Assembly (NCBI GenBank): GCA_964016885.1
Contig: OZ024745.1
Span: 123,132,001-123,196,000 of the forward strand
DNA: 64,000 bases
Direction: 5' to 3'
Source of the DNA: Eledone cirrhosa
Lineage: Eukaryota
The notes under the pieces: model-generated
What the model was told of the DNA's origin: nothing
The model's database searches: none
The model's input: only the letters and a program-made list of their open reading frames with translations
Program-made: the position numbers and the translations under genes
In this document: piece after piece, positions 27,462 to 41,974 of the stretch
Numbering within the stretch: the first letter of the stretch is position 1
Layout of the letters: each line of letters begins with the position of its first letter

Positions 27462-27773
27462 TAGTGAAATTGTGTATAAGAGACATAAACTGTAGTGTGC
27501 GGGAGAGAAGACTGTGTTGGTATGGCCATGTGATGTTCAGGGAAGATGACTGTTGGGTGAAAAAGTGCCAAGAAATCTCGGTGGAAGGAAGACACAGTAG
27601 AGGAAGACCATGAAAAATATGGGTGGAGGTGGCGAGAGCTGACTTCAGATTGCTGAAGCTCACAGAGGAGATGATGAGGGACCATGATGAATGAAGAAAT
27701 GCTGTGCTGAAGCGGACACGTCCCACCCTTGCAAGCAAGGAAAAGTGAACATCAAATGATGATGATGATGATG

Positions 27774-27776
<3 letters not shown>
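27462..27776 (+). mobile_element. 3' fragment of a second RTE family (further copies 44360-44635 -, 62208-62415 -)
   Basis: ERRLCWYGHV..WVKKC..VEG..RGRP; tail CCCACCCTTGCAAGCA.GGAAAAG..(ATG)n. Confidence 0.8.
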
Positions 27777-27807
<31 letters not shown>

Positions 27808-27808
<1 letters not shown>

Positions 27809-28548
27809 GTTATAATAATAAATTTGAAGACTAAAATCCAAAGAGGGCTCGATAAGGATAAATATATATCAAATAAATAAGAACCATAGAGCAAATATTT
27901 ATTAAAATAACAGATTAAAGTTTAAGCAAAGAGTCGCTGCTTTCACCCTTAACGGGATCTTCTGAAATTAAAAAAATCAATCTGTGAACGCAGAAGTAAA
28001 TATTTTGAAAAACGTTACAACCGAAGGAAAACTGGAAGACGATACTTTGGTTTGTGGAGACGTTCCCTGGCAATGAACGGAAAAAAATTGCGTGTTTTTG
28101 TGTACATGCTTGTATTACTACTCATGCCGGGTGATTTCGTGTATGTACGTATATAGATGCGTGCATCTACATATTTAATTATTGTTGATTTCAATTACCT
28201 CTGTAATTTATTTACATTATTCTTAACTCTGAAGCCGAGAATCATTGGGTTTCCTAAATAGAATTTTAGTCTACGACTTCATTTATACCTTTAACTTGGT
28301 TTTGTCTTTGCGTGTAATTGTTTTCACCGCTCCAAATAATGACATATTATCTTCGTTTTTTTCCCCGTTCATTGCCAGGGAACGTCTTCACGAACCAAAG
28401 TATCATCTCTCTGTCTTCCTTCGGTTGTAACATTTTTCGAAATATTTACTTCTGCGTTCACAGATAGATTTTTTTAGTTTCAGAAGATCCCGTTAAGGGT
28501 GAAAGCAGCGATTCTTTGCTTAAACTTTAATCTGTTATTTTAATAAAT
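27808..28548. mobile_element. MITE/foldback element with ~190-bp inverted arms (27897-28088 / 28357-28548); fragments at 12958-13025, 32775-32946, 52524-52732
   Basis: ATTTATTAAAATAACAGATTAAAGTTTAAGCAAAGA..TTTCACCCTTAACGGGATCTTCTGAAA and its reverse complement; flanked by (TA)n. Confidence 0.85.
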
Positions 28549-28549
28549 T

Positions 28550-29982
<1,433 letters not shown>

Positions 29983-29985
<3 letters not shown>

Positions 29986-30760
29986 TGTTATACTTTGGGA
30001 GGGTCATGTTGCCAATAAGAAACACACGCACCAGTTGCTTTCACTTCAATTTATTATATATTTATAAATTTATAAGTTTATAAATTTATAAATTTATAAA
30101 TTTCTGGTTGGTTGGTTGGTTGGTTCCACAACCAGATAGTTGTTTATATATAGTCATAGTTCTTTCGTCACACACTCTGTGACCTCTTCAGTGACTGGGG
30201 ATTCCTTTCTTTGTTTCTGTGCCTCTCCTTTGTTCTGTCCTACGCCATTTTGTTTCTGTGTGTCTGTTGTGTGCTCAGTCTGCCCATGCGCCACATCCGG
30301 GTGTCTGTGTGTGTTTATGTTCATTTATTTATTTGTTTATTTACATGTTACTGGTTGGTTGTTTGTTCTATGTGTGTGTGTGTTTTCATTTTGTCCTTAA
30401 TTGTAAGTTGTGATGTTGCTGTTCCACTCATATTTTCTATTTAATTTTGGTTGTAATTCTTTTATGTTTATTGCCTCTGTAATTTGTCTAAACATTGCGT
30501 CTTTTCTGTGTGTAGATTCTATTTTTATTTCTATGTTCTCTAATTTACCCTTGTGTTCTATTTTTGCATGTTGGTAGAGTACAGATGATTCTTTATTATC
30601 TTGAAGGTCTCGCCAGTGTTCATTTATCCGTTCCCCTACACTACGAGCTGTCTCACCTATGTACACTATATTTTTGTCTCTACATTGTCCTTCAGTACAT
30701 CTTATGCTATACACTACATTTCTAGTTTTACAGTTAATATGGGGGCTTATTTTACAGGTT
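29983..30760 (-). mobile_element. Penelope-like retroelement 3' fragment: GIY-YIG endonuclease (30397-~30760), 3' region with hammerhead (30152-30196) and terminus
   Basis: NCKTRNVVYSIRC..C..IVYIGETARSVGERINEH..HAK..H..EAINI..QPKLN is a PLE-type GIY-YIG domain; downstream aguca-CUGAAGA-g-GUCAC..GUGAC-GAAA-gaac-UA^ugacu. Confidence 0.88.
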
Positions 30761-31254
30761 ATACATTGAATGTATAACCTGATATATACATGTATGTGTA
30801 TGTGTGTTTGTGTGTGTGAATGTGTATGTGTGTGAGTTTGTATGTGTGTTTGTGTGTGCATAGTTATATTTATTATAGAAAGAGCACAAAGATGGTGAAA
30901 AAATGTAGAGGAACTGTAACTGAAAAAAAAAGAAGAAAGTGAAGTAAAGAAGGGAATTAACTATCATCAGCTATCTATCATATATCTTCATGATTTCAGC
31001 ACCTTTCGACAGGATCACTTTACCCAATGGTGTGAATAGTATTAAAATCTAGTTTTAAACATGTTTGGCATAGAAATATATATGGCAATAATAATTAACA
31101 TGTACATATAAATATATATATTAACATGTAAATATAAATATATATAGTAATTAACATGTACATATAAATACATATATTAATTAACATATACATATAAATA
31201 TATATATATTAATTAACATAGTCTGGAATGCCTATCTTGCTCAGAAAGGCAGTA

Positions 31255-32175
31255 AGTAGTACTGGTGCCACAACAAAAAGTACTCAGTCCACCCTGTAAA
31301 GTGGTAGTACTGGTGTCACAACAAAAAGTACTTAGTCCACCCTGTAAAGTGGTAGTACTGGTTCCACAACAAAAAGTACTCAGTCCACCCTGTAAAGTGG
31401 TAGTACTGGTGCCACAACAAAAAGTACTCAGTCCACCCTGTAAAGTGGTAGTACTGGTGTCACAACAAAAAGTACTCAGTCCACCCTGTAAAGTGGTAGT
31501 ACTGGTGCCACAACAAAAAGTACTCAGTCCACCCTGTAAAGTGGTAGTACTGGTGCCACAACAAAAAGTACTCAGTCCACCCTGTAAAGTGGTAGTACTG
31601 GTTCCACAACAAAAAGTACTCAGTCCACCCTGTAAAGTGGTAGTACTGGTTCCACAACAAAAAGTACTCAGTCCACCCTGTAAAGTGGTAGTACTGGTTC
31701 CACAACAAAAAGTACTCAGTCCATCCTGTAAAGTGGTAGTACTGGTTCCACAACAAAAAGTACTCAGTCCACTCTGTAAAGTGGTAGTACTGGTTCCACA
31801 ACAAAAAGTACTCAGTCCACCCTGTAAAGTGGTAGTACTGGTTCCACAACAAAAAGTACTCAGCCCACCCTGTAAAGTGGTAGTACTGGTTCCACAACAA
31901 AAAGTACTCAGCCCACCCTGTAAAGTGGTAGTACTGGTTCCACAACAAAAAGTACTCAGCCCACCCTGTAAAGTGGTAGTACTGGAGTCACAAAAAACTG
32001 CTTCCAGTACATGCTGAAAAGTGGTTAGCATTAGAAAGGACACCAAGCCATAAAAACCAATCCATAAACAAAGTACACGAGCAGAGCATGGTCACCTCAC
32101 TAGTCTAGTTTCAATACATGATAATCTGTCTAACTTATGCAAACATGAAAAAATAGACATTTTAAGCAGTGATGA
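31255..32175 (+). mobile_element. Diverged RTE-type 3' fragment with ~15 tandem 48-bp units
   Basis: GTACTCAGTCCACCCTGTAAAGTGGTAGTACTGGTTCCACAACAAAAA repeats followed by a decayed GGTTAGCATTAGAAAGGACACC segment and tail. Confidence 0.8.
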
Positions 32176-33591
32176 TGGTGTTGATATATGTGAATTCACA
32201 TTGATTGTGTATAATTTTTTCCTCCATGGTTTATATAACAATGTCTCCAGCATAAAGATAATTCCCATGCAATCAATTGTTTATGCAGTTACAAGGTTAT
32301 GATTAATAGTCAAATTTGATGTTTTTCAAGAATTAATCACTGGCAAATATTTCAAACCAATTTCAGAATGAAAAACAATACATAAAGATCAAACTTGCTA
32401 AGTAAAGAAAATTATGTATATTAAAAGAGTGTATAGCATGTCCAAAAGAATATATGACAGAACAAAGAAATATAGTTAAGGATGTTTGATAATCTACATA
32501 TCTAAAAACAGAGAATGTCTGTCTGTCTGTCTGACTCCCCAAAACTCGAGAACCACCCAACCGATTGTTTTCAAACTTTACACATGTAATACTTATGGTC
32601 GTGTGAGTGTTTTGAGCGGAAAATATTTCAAATTTTCAATGCCCTAGGGACCGCATTAGGCGCCAGTTAGCGATCTCTCTCATTTTCTTAGTCTGTCTTT
32701 TTAGATAGATACATAGCTATAACGTCGCACTGTTATAATATATGTCTGTATGTCTGGCTGTCTGTATTACGACATTATGAAAACGTCTTCACGAACCAAA
32801 ATATCGTCTTCCTGTTTTCCTTCGGTTGCAACGTTTTTCGAAATATTTACTTCTGCGTTCACAGATTTCATTTTTTTAGTTTCAGAAGATCCCGTTAAGG
32901 GTGAAAGCAGCGATTCTTTGCTTAAACTTTAATCTGTTATTTTAATATATATATATATAATTATATATTTGTGTACAGATATTTTTGCATACACAAAAAC
33001 AAAATATAAACAAACGTATTTATTTCACGAAAGCACAGACGGCTTATCATCATTGTTACTGCTGATATGCCACACAAAACGTCCTCCTACTTTTGGCACA
33101 AGGCCAGCAATCACATAGTCAACGGTTAGGAAATCACATGCATCACTGACGAGTTTACTCCTTACTCTACCAGTTAGTCTTAGTATACTTCGTCCTGCTT
33201 TTAGGTCATGCCTCAAAGGAAGAAATACTCCATTGGCTGAAATACTGTGAAAGCAGCAAGAAAAAGAACAAGGCAGGCAAACGAATCGTCAGTGGAATCT
33301 GCTATTCGATGGTTGCAAGGCTGAGGTATTCCGTACTTCTCTGTACTGTTTCAGAAAAGAGGGATAAACATGCCAATCTATGTTTAGAATCTCGAGCAAC
33401 GCCGGGCCATTCTGCTAGTATACAAACTAAAGTATGGATACATACAGAAAACAGCAATAAATTGGTGAGGAAATACTTTAACCATTTTGTTATGATATTT
33501 CTAATGAAGTACACAACCCATGTATTTCAACTAATTTTGAAAATGATGAAGAATTTGGAAGAATTTAGGAATAATGTTTAACTTTCTTTTT

Positions 33592-35156
33592 ATTTGGCAG
33601 TATTGGTAAAGCATTGGACAGGCTTTGCAGCATAGGGTTACGGCTCTTTATGATCTGAGTTTAAATCCTGCCGAGGTGAGCTTTGCTTTTCATCCTTAAA
33701 GGGTCAATAAAATAAAGTACCAGTCACACACTTGGGTTGATTTAATCGACTTGCCCTTCCCCCAAAATCACTGGCCTTGTTCCTAAAGTAGAAAGAATTA
33801 TTAAGCTGGTGTTAAGGGATAGCAATATCAGTAGAGTGTCAGACACCATACTTTGCAGAATAGAGTTATATCTCTTTACATTCTGAGTTCTAATCATGCC
33901 TAGGTTAGCTTTGCCTTTTTTCCTTACGGGGGTCAATAAAATAAAGCACCAGTCAAGTACTGGGGTCAATTTAACTGACTTGCCTCGCCACACATTACAA
34001 TCACTACCAAATTGCTGGCTTTCTGCCTATACTAGAAACCATTATTAAGATGGTGTTGGTCGATTGGCAGTATAGGTAGAGGGTCGGACGCCATGCTTTG
34101 ATGCATAGATTTACTGCCCTTGCCATTCTGAGTTCAAATCCCGTCAAGGTTAACTTTGCCTTTCATCCTTACGGGGTTGATAAAATAAAGTACCAGTAAT
34201 ACACTGGGTAATTGCTGGCCTTGTGCCAAAAGTAGAAACAATTATTAAGATGGTGTTTGAAACATTACTTAGCAAAAGGTTTTGACATAAAATTTTATTC
34301 AAGAATGGAAAATAGCTGTAAAATGGTGGTGATGATGATGATGATGATGTTAAGAATTTAAAACTTGCAGTTTGGTATAATACAACCAGTGGCGATTGCA
34401 AATAGTTTGATATCATTGGGTTAAGATGTCTGCACAATTCAATAAATAAAATGTTAATTTTATTTGAATTTCTGCTAAGAGGAATTATTACACTGTGAAG
34501 TATTTTGACTACTGTTCTCATCTTGGTGGTTAAAATCCTAATGTTTCAGCTGCTGTACCCCTCCTTTAGGTTCCTAATTTATATCACATAGCTGTCCTAC
34601 AGGACAATAGCATGGTAAATATAATTGTTTCTATATTTGGCACAAGGCCAGCAATTATCCCAGTGCGTTATTGGTACTTTATTTTATCACCCCTATAAGG
34701 ATGAAAGGCAAAGCTAACCTCGGTGAGATTTGAACTCAGACCTTAAAGGGACGTAACTCTATGCTGCAAAGCATGGCGTCTGGCCCTCTACTGATACTGC
34801 CAATCCACCGCCTAGTAAATATAATCATTGGTGAAGTGAGCTAGTTTATCTGCTGGTCATGAGTTCAATATCTAAGTTAATGTATTTATCACCATCATCA
34901 TCATCATCATTATATATATACCCTAATTTAATCAGAACTAGCAAACGACATCACAAGTAACTAATAATTGTTTCTACTTTTGGCACACGGCCAGCAATTA
35001 TTCCAGTGCATTACTGGTACTTTATTTTATCAACCCCATAAGGATGAAAGGTAAAGTTAACCTCGGCGGGATTTGAACTCAGAATGGAAAGGGCTGTAAC
35101 TCTATGGTGCAAAGCAGGGCGTCTGACCCTCTACTGATACTGCCAACCCACTGCCT
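33592..35156. mobile_element. SINE-A cluster: three head-to-tail + copies (33592-34246) and two - copies (34622-34812, 34966-35156)
   Basis: Repeated A/B-box, body and tail motifs. Confidence 0.85.
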
Positions 35157-35164
35157 TACAAGTA

Positions 35165-35335
35165 ACTAATAAGAGAATACTTCAGACATGGACAAGAGAA
35201 TGAGAACAATCTACACCTGTGGTTTGAATAAAGAATTTGGATCAAATTTCTGAGAACATTCCAGAATACAAGAAACACCTGAAGAAGACCAGAGAGTACA
35301 ATGGTCAAAATAGTAGGACTATAACATCAAAGAGG
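35165..35335 (+). mobile_element. Decayed Penelope-like terminal remnant with degenerate hammerhead (35275-35320)
   Basis: RTIYTCGLNKEF resembles the PLE C-terminal T..P.GLN motif; CUGAAGA-a-GACCA..UGGUC-aAAA (GAAA mutated). Confidence 0.5.
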
Positions 35336-35789
35336 AGACAAGAAGTCTGAAAGCGTATTATCAACAAAAAGACAGAGTTCAAAGTAAACAAAAAGACATT
35401 TGACAAAACATATACGACAAGAGTTCACTTCACAACCACAAGGTTTTAAATTCAGTCTCATTGCATGGCACCTTGAGCAAGTGTCTTATATTCCAGCCTG
35501 GGGTTGAACAATGTCTTCATCATCACCGTTTTACATCTGCTTTCCATGCTTGCATGTGTTAAGAGGGAAATTTGGTAAATACAAAGTGTGTAGAAGCCTG
35601 TCATATATATATACATTCCATACACGTGTGGTTTTCCCTGTTTTATTGATGGTACACTATCTCTCTCTAGTGTGTTACCCTTTCAACATATTGTATTTTA
35701 AAGAGCTCAGGATTCCTTTTCCTTTGAGCACATTATTAATAGGGAATAACAAGAGTCTATGGCTCTGTTAATTTATCATGATATATATA

Positions 35790-35870
<81 letters not shown>

Positions 35871-36028
35871 CCCAGGTTCAATCGGGGGCTAACCACAGTA
35901 AGTAAGGTACTCAATATATAGCAGAGTATAAATATTTAATATAGAAATGGCTTCTGTTTCATTGTTTTACACTGATTTTTTTTCCTTCAAATGAAACAGT
36001 TCTAGTCCTGTAGAAGCCATTTCTATGT

Positions 36029-36067
<39 letters not shown>

Positions 36068-36924
36068 GTTTGTGTGTGTGTGTGTTTATGTGTGTGTGTG
36101 TCCATGCCAATATTTTATTTACTGTTTGTTTATGTTCATAACTTAACAGTTTGACAAAAGGTGATTGATAAAAATATGTATTGGGGGTCAATGTAATCAA
36201 TTTAATCCTTTCAAAGTGGTGCCTCAGCTTGACCACACACTAACAACAAAGACTAGGTAAAAAAACAAAAAGAATAATCCAACCCAAAATGAAAACTCAA
36301 GGATTTGAAATAGTCAAACATGCAAATGTTGTGAGAGTGCTTGCCAACTGATGTACAGTCATGTGACCATGACAATAACTTTACTGCCAAAATAATTTTG
36401 TTACCATTTATAACTCTCCCCAACACTGTCTGCATTCATAACGAAAAATATGCCAGAAGAAAATTACCTTGATTGGTATATTGATTTGTCAAATTATAGT
36501 AAAAAAAATATGGTCACATGATATTCCAAACCAATGAAGTTATAGGAGTCGATTTAGTGATAAGAGTTTTAGTAATATGATGAATATTCCATACAATTAT
36601 CCCCTATTTCCCCTCCTCTTTGCCAGCTTCATTTCAAATAAAGAAAACCAATCAGGAATATAAACCATTTACAGTTGTTGATTATGTTAATAGAATAAAA
36701 TAAAGGAGACTAAAATGCTAATAAAAAGGTTCTTCAGATTTAGCTTTCTGAATCACCAAAGAAAAAGACTATAGTGTTGAATTTAGAAACAGCTGATGTA
36801 CTATAACATGTAGCACCCACTTCATGCAAAGTATTAAATGACAATGGATCCTTTGTTATGCTTGACTTCACAGCTATTAGTGAGACAGTTTTACAAGATC
36901 TACATGTCAGCATATTCATTTCTA

Positions 36925-37432
36925 ATTTAGGCTGAAGGTCAGAACATTTTGGAGGAGGGTACCGTTGATTAACTCAATCCCAGTACAACACTGGTACTTC
37001 ATTTTATCGACCCTGGAATGATGAAAGGTAAAGTTGAGATTAACTCAATCTCAATCTCAGTACAACACTGGTACTTCATTTTGTCAACTCTGGAGTGATG
37101 AAAGTTGAGATTAACTCAATCCCAGTACAACACTGGTACTTCATTTTATCGACACTGGAGTGATGAAACGTAAAGTTGAGATTAACTCAATCTCAGTACA
37201 ACACTGGTACTTCATTTTATCGACACTGGAGTGATGAAAAGTAAAGTTGAGATTAACTCAATCCCAGTACAACACTGGTACTTCATTTTATCAACACTGG
37301 AGTGATGAAACGTAAAGTTGAGATTAACTCAATCCCAGTATTTTGCTGGTACTTTATTTCACTGACCCCAGAAGGATGAAAAGCAAAGTTGGCCACAATG
37401 GCATTTAAACTCAGAATGTAAAGAGCCAGAAC
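36925..37432 (-). repeat. SINE-A-related element with internal 71-bp unit amplified ~5.3 times
   Basis: Units start at 36967, 37038, 37109, 37180, 37251 and 37322 (GATTAACTCAATCCCAGTACAACACTGGTACTTCATTTTATCGACACTGGAGTGATGAAA..). Confidence 0.88.
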
Positions 37433-37559
37433 AAAATCAGATGATCTTTATCTATTTTGGACATTGTGCTAATTATGAGATTTTATAGTGTTATGGGGCA
37501 TTGATTGACTTTTCTTTTTTACTGTGTCTCATATGTAGTAGCCCAATGATTCAGTTCTG

Positions 37560-37910
37560 GAAAGCTTGGAAGCTATTAATTTGAGGTACCATAATCACGA
37601 AATTGTAACTCCTCTGTTGTTCTTGGGTGGTATTGGCCTCATGAGATACTGCAGAGTCTTGTTGGTAGGTGTACAGTCTTCTTTTGCACACACTCTCTAT
37701 CCACGGTCCATAAACCCTGAGGAAAGAGGTAAAGGCATGAGATCTTGCTTGCTGCTCACAATTCCCCAAACCATCACAGTTGCCGGAAACTGTGTATGCA
37801 TAACCATTGGAATACATTTAGGGTCTCTGCATAACTATCTGGCATTCCTTCAGTTGACCATTTGGCCCTGATCAAAATTTTTCTCATCAGAGAAAATCCG
37901 AAGCATTCCA
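37560..37910 (-). pseudogene. Tc1/mariner-superfamily (maT/DD37D-like) transposase relic
   Basis: IFSDEKNF..N*RNAR*..VMHTQFPATVMVWGIVS and, in another frame, PWIESV..YTYQQDSAVSHEA..TQ; stops and frameshift. Confidence 0.75.
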
Positions 37911-38192
37911 AACTCTTAATATTCCTACCCTTAGTCATCATGTTATGTTTGATTACTGCTGTAAAATCCCTATCAGCTGCTTCTAGCTCATTACAAATTT
38001 TGCAAACAAGGAAGTGGGTAACTTTCAGGAATTAGCAGTCTCTAAATCACTATCCTCTGACTTTGTGGTAGCAATTACTATGTGTTTTCATTTCCTGAGT
38101 TAGCTTGATGCCTGTCATCATTTATCTGAAAAGAAATGATAATCAGAACAAGTTAAAAAAATTAGAAATGTCCCCAAAGAAGTGAACAAGCC

Positions 38193-38264
<72 letters not shown>

Positions 38265-38279
38265 ACTGACTTCCCATGG

Positions 38280-38915
38280 GTTCAAGCTGAAGGTTAAGCA
38301 TATAGACAGTATGCCTCCCCCCGTCCCACTGTAAAGTGGTTGTGTAGGTGTCAATCCAAAAAGCACCCAGCCCACACTGTAAAGTGGTCATGTAGGTAAC
38401 ACAGTAAAAAAGCACCTAGTACTCACTGTAAATGAGGTTGGTGTTAGGAAGGGTATCCAGCTGTAAAATTCAAGCCAAAATCAGTTCCGTATGAGCAAGG
38501 CATGGTCACCTGATCTGGCATTGCCCACAACAGGACAACCCATCTAACCCATGCTAGCGTGGAAGAATGTACGTAAAATGGTGATGATGATATATATATA
38601 TATGTATAATCGTGAGGTTGTGAGTTCGATTCTCAGACCAGGTTTTGCATTGTGTTCTTGAGCAAGACTCTTTATTTCACGCTGCTCCAATTCACTCAGC
38701 TGTAGAAATAAGTTGTGATGTCAATCACTGGTGCCAAGCTGTATCGGCCATTTCCTTTACCCTTGGACAACACCGGTGGCATCGAGAGGGGAGACTGTTA
38801 TGCATGGGCAATTGCTGGCCTTCCATAAACAACCTTGCCCAGATTTGTACCTCAGAGGGGAACTTTCTAGGTGCAAAATCCCATGGTCATTCATGACTGA
38901 GGGGGGGTCTTTACC
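38280..38915 (+). mobile_element. RTE 3' fragment (38280-38590) followed by a CORE-like SINE with a different body (38610-38915)
   Basis: 49-bp units plus tail; then GGTTGTGAGTTCGATTCTC..TGTGTTCTTGAGCAAGAC.CTTTATTTCAC..CACTCAGCTGTAGAAAT. Confidence 0.7.
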
Positions 38916-39123
38916 CCTTTGTGTGTATATGTGTGTGTGCGTGCATGTGTGTGTGTGTGTGTGTTACACAATCCACACAAATGTTAGTGTGTACCATGTA
39001 ATAGACACGCCAGTACATAATTTTAATAACTACCATTCCCTGATACCTCTAGTAAATAGTTTTAGCTGTTCATATAAATGCATTGATAAACATACACAAT
39101 GTCTCTACTCCAGCATCTGCTGT

Positions 39124-39305
39124 TTGTCTATGTAGTGGGTCGTCAAGTATAAAATTTGTAGAAATTTGCTTTTTTTCTACAAATTTCTACAAATTTCGTA
39201 CTTGACGACCCAATACATAGACAATTGGGTCGTCAAGTATGAAATTTGTAGAAATTTTCTTTTTTTTCTACAAATTCCTACAAATTTCGTACTTGACCAC
39301 CCAAT
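39124..39305. mobile_element. Tandem pair of tiny mariner-like MITEs
   Basis: TGGGTCGTCAAGTA.GAAATTTGTAGAAATT / AATTTCTACAAATTTCGTACTTGACGACCCA occurring twice. Confidence 0.7.
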
Positions 39306-39624
39306 ATATTGCTCTAATGTATAGTTATAGAGTGTCTGTGTGTGTGTGCTGTGTGTGTGTGTGTGCTGTGTGTGTGTTTGCATAAATATAGATTAGCTTT
39401 TTCTACTTTTCATGATTTAATGTGATCATTTATATTTGTAGGATGTAAATATATGTGTAACATGTATTTATTTATCTATCTAGATATGTTCACAAATGTG
39501 TATGTGAGACAGAATGTGTGTGAGTTTAAGCAAGAGAAAGAGTGTGTGTGTGTGTGAGTTTGAGAAAGTATGTATGTATTTGAAAGAGAGGGTATGTGTG
39601 CGTGAGTGAGAGAGAGGGGGAGAA

Positions 39625-39656
<32 letters not shown>

Positions 39657-40801
39657 GGAGGGAGAGAGGAGAGAGGAGAGAAGTGTGTGTGTGTGTGACA
39701 GAGAGAGAGAGAGTGTGTGTGTGAGAGTGAGTGTGTGTTTGTGTTTGTGAGAAAGAGAGAGAGTGTGTGTGTGTGTGTGTGTGAGTGAAAGAGAGAGTGT
39801 GTGTGTGAGTGAGAGAGAGAGAGAGAGAGAAGGAGTGAGAGAGAGAGAGAGAGGATAAGTGTGTGTCTGTGTGTGTAAGAGAGAGTGTGTGTGTTTGTGT
39901 TTGTGTGTACGACTAATGAAAACAATATAATTTTGGAAGCCAAATATCTCTTCAGCTCTTACTATTTGCTTCTGCAGCAAATATTCCTGTTTAGTTATTC
40001 TATTAGAAGGAGAATATACATATATATATATATACAATAACATAGAAGAGAAGCCTGGGGGGGATCATACCTGAGGGAAGTGTTTTACATATTAAATACA
40101 CATTCAGCATAGTCACATATAAGTCATGTATTGAATTGAATGACGTTGATTAACTGTAAGAATCCATGCAATCATTAGACAAAGTTCCCCTCTAGGGGAT
40201 ACCCAAATGCCTTAAACCGCCTCTGGTTCTATGACGCAAAACTTTCTTTTAAAGTGTTTATATTTATCTGAAAATCTTTCATAATAGGTTTCTGTAAGAA
40301 CCTTTGTTAAGTTATGTTCCAAACATCAGATTTATAATGAGAAAGTTACTAAATCTCTCCAAATACGTGATTATCTTTTCAAAAATATTTCTAAATCGTA
40401 AGTACAAGGTAAAGTAAAGTGTTGGAACTAAAGCTGCCAAACATGTGTCCTATGTTCTTAGCAACTCTGCCAATCCAACACTCTAATTACCTCACTAATA
40501 ATAAAACCAAATTGAAACTCAACTATTTTTATTGGCAACATGTCCCTTCCAAAATTTGAATCATGAAATGGCCATTAGGAATAAGAACATTTTCTATCTG
40601 AAGTACTTATTCTTCCTAAATATATGTGCTTTGTATGTGTGTACAAAATACTGTGATATATGGTTCTTTCTTTCTCTCTCCATATATACATGTATCTATA
40701 AATTTGAATTATTGATACTCTGGACAAATGTCCATTGAGCTTTTCCAGTGAGAAGCACAAATATCATACATAATTGATATGTTATGGTACCTTATATTTG
40801 T

Positions 40802-41615
40802 ATCATCATCATCATCACCGTTTTATGTCCGTTCTTCCACTCTAGCATGGGTTAGACGGGTTGTCCTGTTGTGGGCAGTAGCCGGTCGACCATACCTTGC
40901 TCATACAGGAACTGATTCTGGCTTGATTTCTACAGCTGGATGCCCTTCCTAACACCAACCTCATTTACAGTGAGTGCTGGGTGCTTTTTTTTCCCTGGGG
41001 CCTACACGTCCACTTTACAGTGAGGGCTGGGTGCTTTTTTGCCATGGCAGCTCCACGACCACTTTGCAGTGGGAGGGTGTGGGGGCATATTGTCTATATG
41101 CTTCAGCTTTGGCTTGTACACGTGGGGGGTCGGGTCTTCTGTATTACTGCGTGACGCCAGAGGTCACGGTCGTGTGTCATCAAATTTGAGAGGTGTAATT
41201 GGGTAAGGTTGGCTTTTATCACCTCATCCCAGGTCTTCTTGGGTCTCCCCACTCCGCAGTTTCCATCGACTTCTAGTGCTCTGTACCTTTTTATGCAGCT
41301 ATCATCCTTCATACACATCACATGTCCATACCAACGCAACCGCCTCTCCTGCACACAGTATTTGATTCCTCTTATGCTCAGTCTCTCTCTCAATTCGTTT
41401 ATGCTTTACCGTTCGCGTATATTACTATTACACATCGACCGGAGCATGCAGGCTTCCTTTCTTTCTAATCTACGCAAGTCTTCTACAGACAGCGCCCAGG
41501 TCTCACTACCATGTAACATTGCTGTTCTTATACATGCATCATACAGTCTGCCTTTCATTTTGAGGGAAAAGCCTTTTGTAGCTAGCAGTGGCAGTAGCTT
41601 CCTGAACATCTTCCA
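40802..41615 (-). mobile_element. 5'-truncated RTE LINE of the same family as 24548-27442
   Basis: FRKLLPLLATKGFSLKMKGRLYDACIRTAMLHGSETW..ERRLRWYGHV..AVIQKTR, then 49-bp units and (ATG)n tail. Confidence 0.9.
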
Positions 41616-41631
41616 TTGTATATATGTATAC

Positions 41632-41962
41632 ATGGCTTAGTGGTTAGAGCATTGGCCTTGCAATCGAAAGGTTGTGAGTTCAATTCTCAGACCGGGTGAT
41701 GTGTTGTTTCCTTGAGCAAGACACTTTATTTCACATTGCTCCAGTTTACTCAGCTGTAGAAATGAGATTATAGGGACTGGGGTGCCTATCATTCCACTGC
41801 AAAGTGGTCGTGGAGGTGCCATGGCAAAAAAGCACCCACACTCACTGTAAATGACGTTGGTGTTAGGAAGGGCATCCAGCTGTAGAAATCAAGCCAGAAT
41901 CAGTTCCCATCCCACCCTTGCAAGTAGGGAAAAGGGAACGTAAAATGATGATGATGATGATG
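41632..41962 (+). mobile_element. Full-length SINE-B: tRNA head, CORE-like domain, RTE-derived segments (further copies 57293-57680 -, 61260-61588 +, 62680-63000 +)
   Basis: TGGCTTAGTGG A-box, GAGTTCAATTC B-box, TTGTTTCCTTGAGCAAGACACTTTA (CORE-like), one 49-bp unit, GTTAGGAAGGGCATCC, CCCACCCTTGCAAG tail. Confidence 0.85.
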
Positions 41963-41974
41963 ATATATATATAT

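Noticed and set aside
33300-33581. Possible hAT transposase C-terminal remnant
   Set aside because: Similarity too weak to support without a search.
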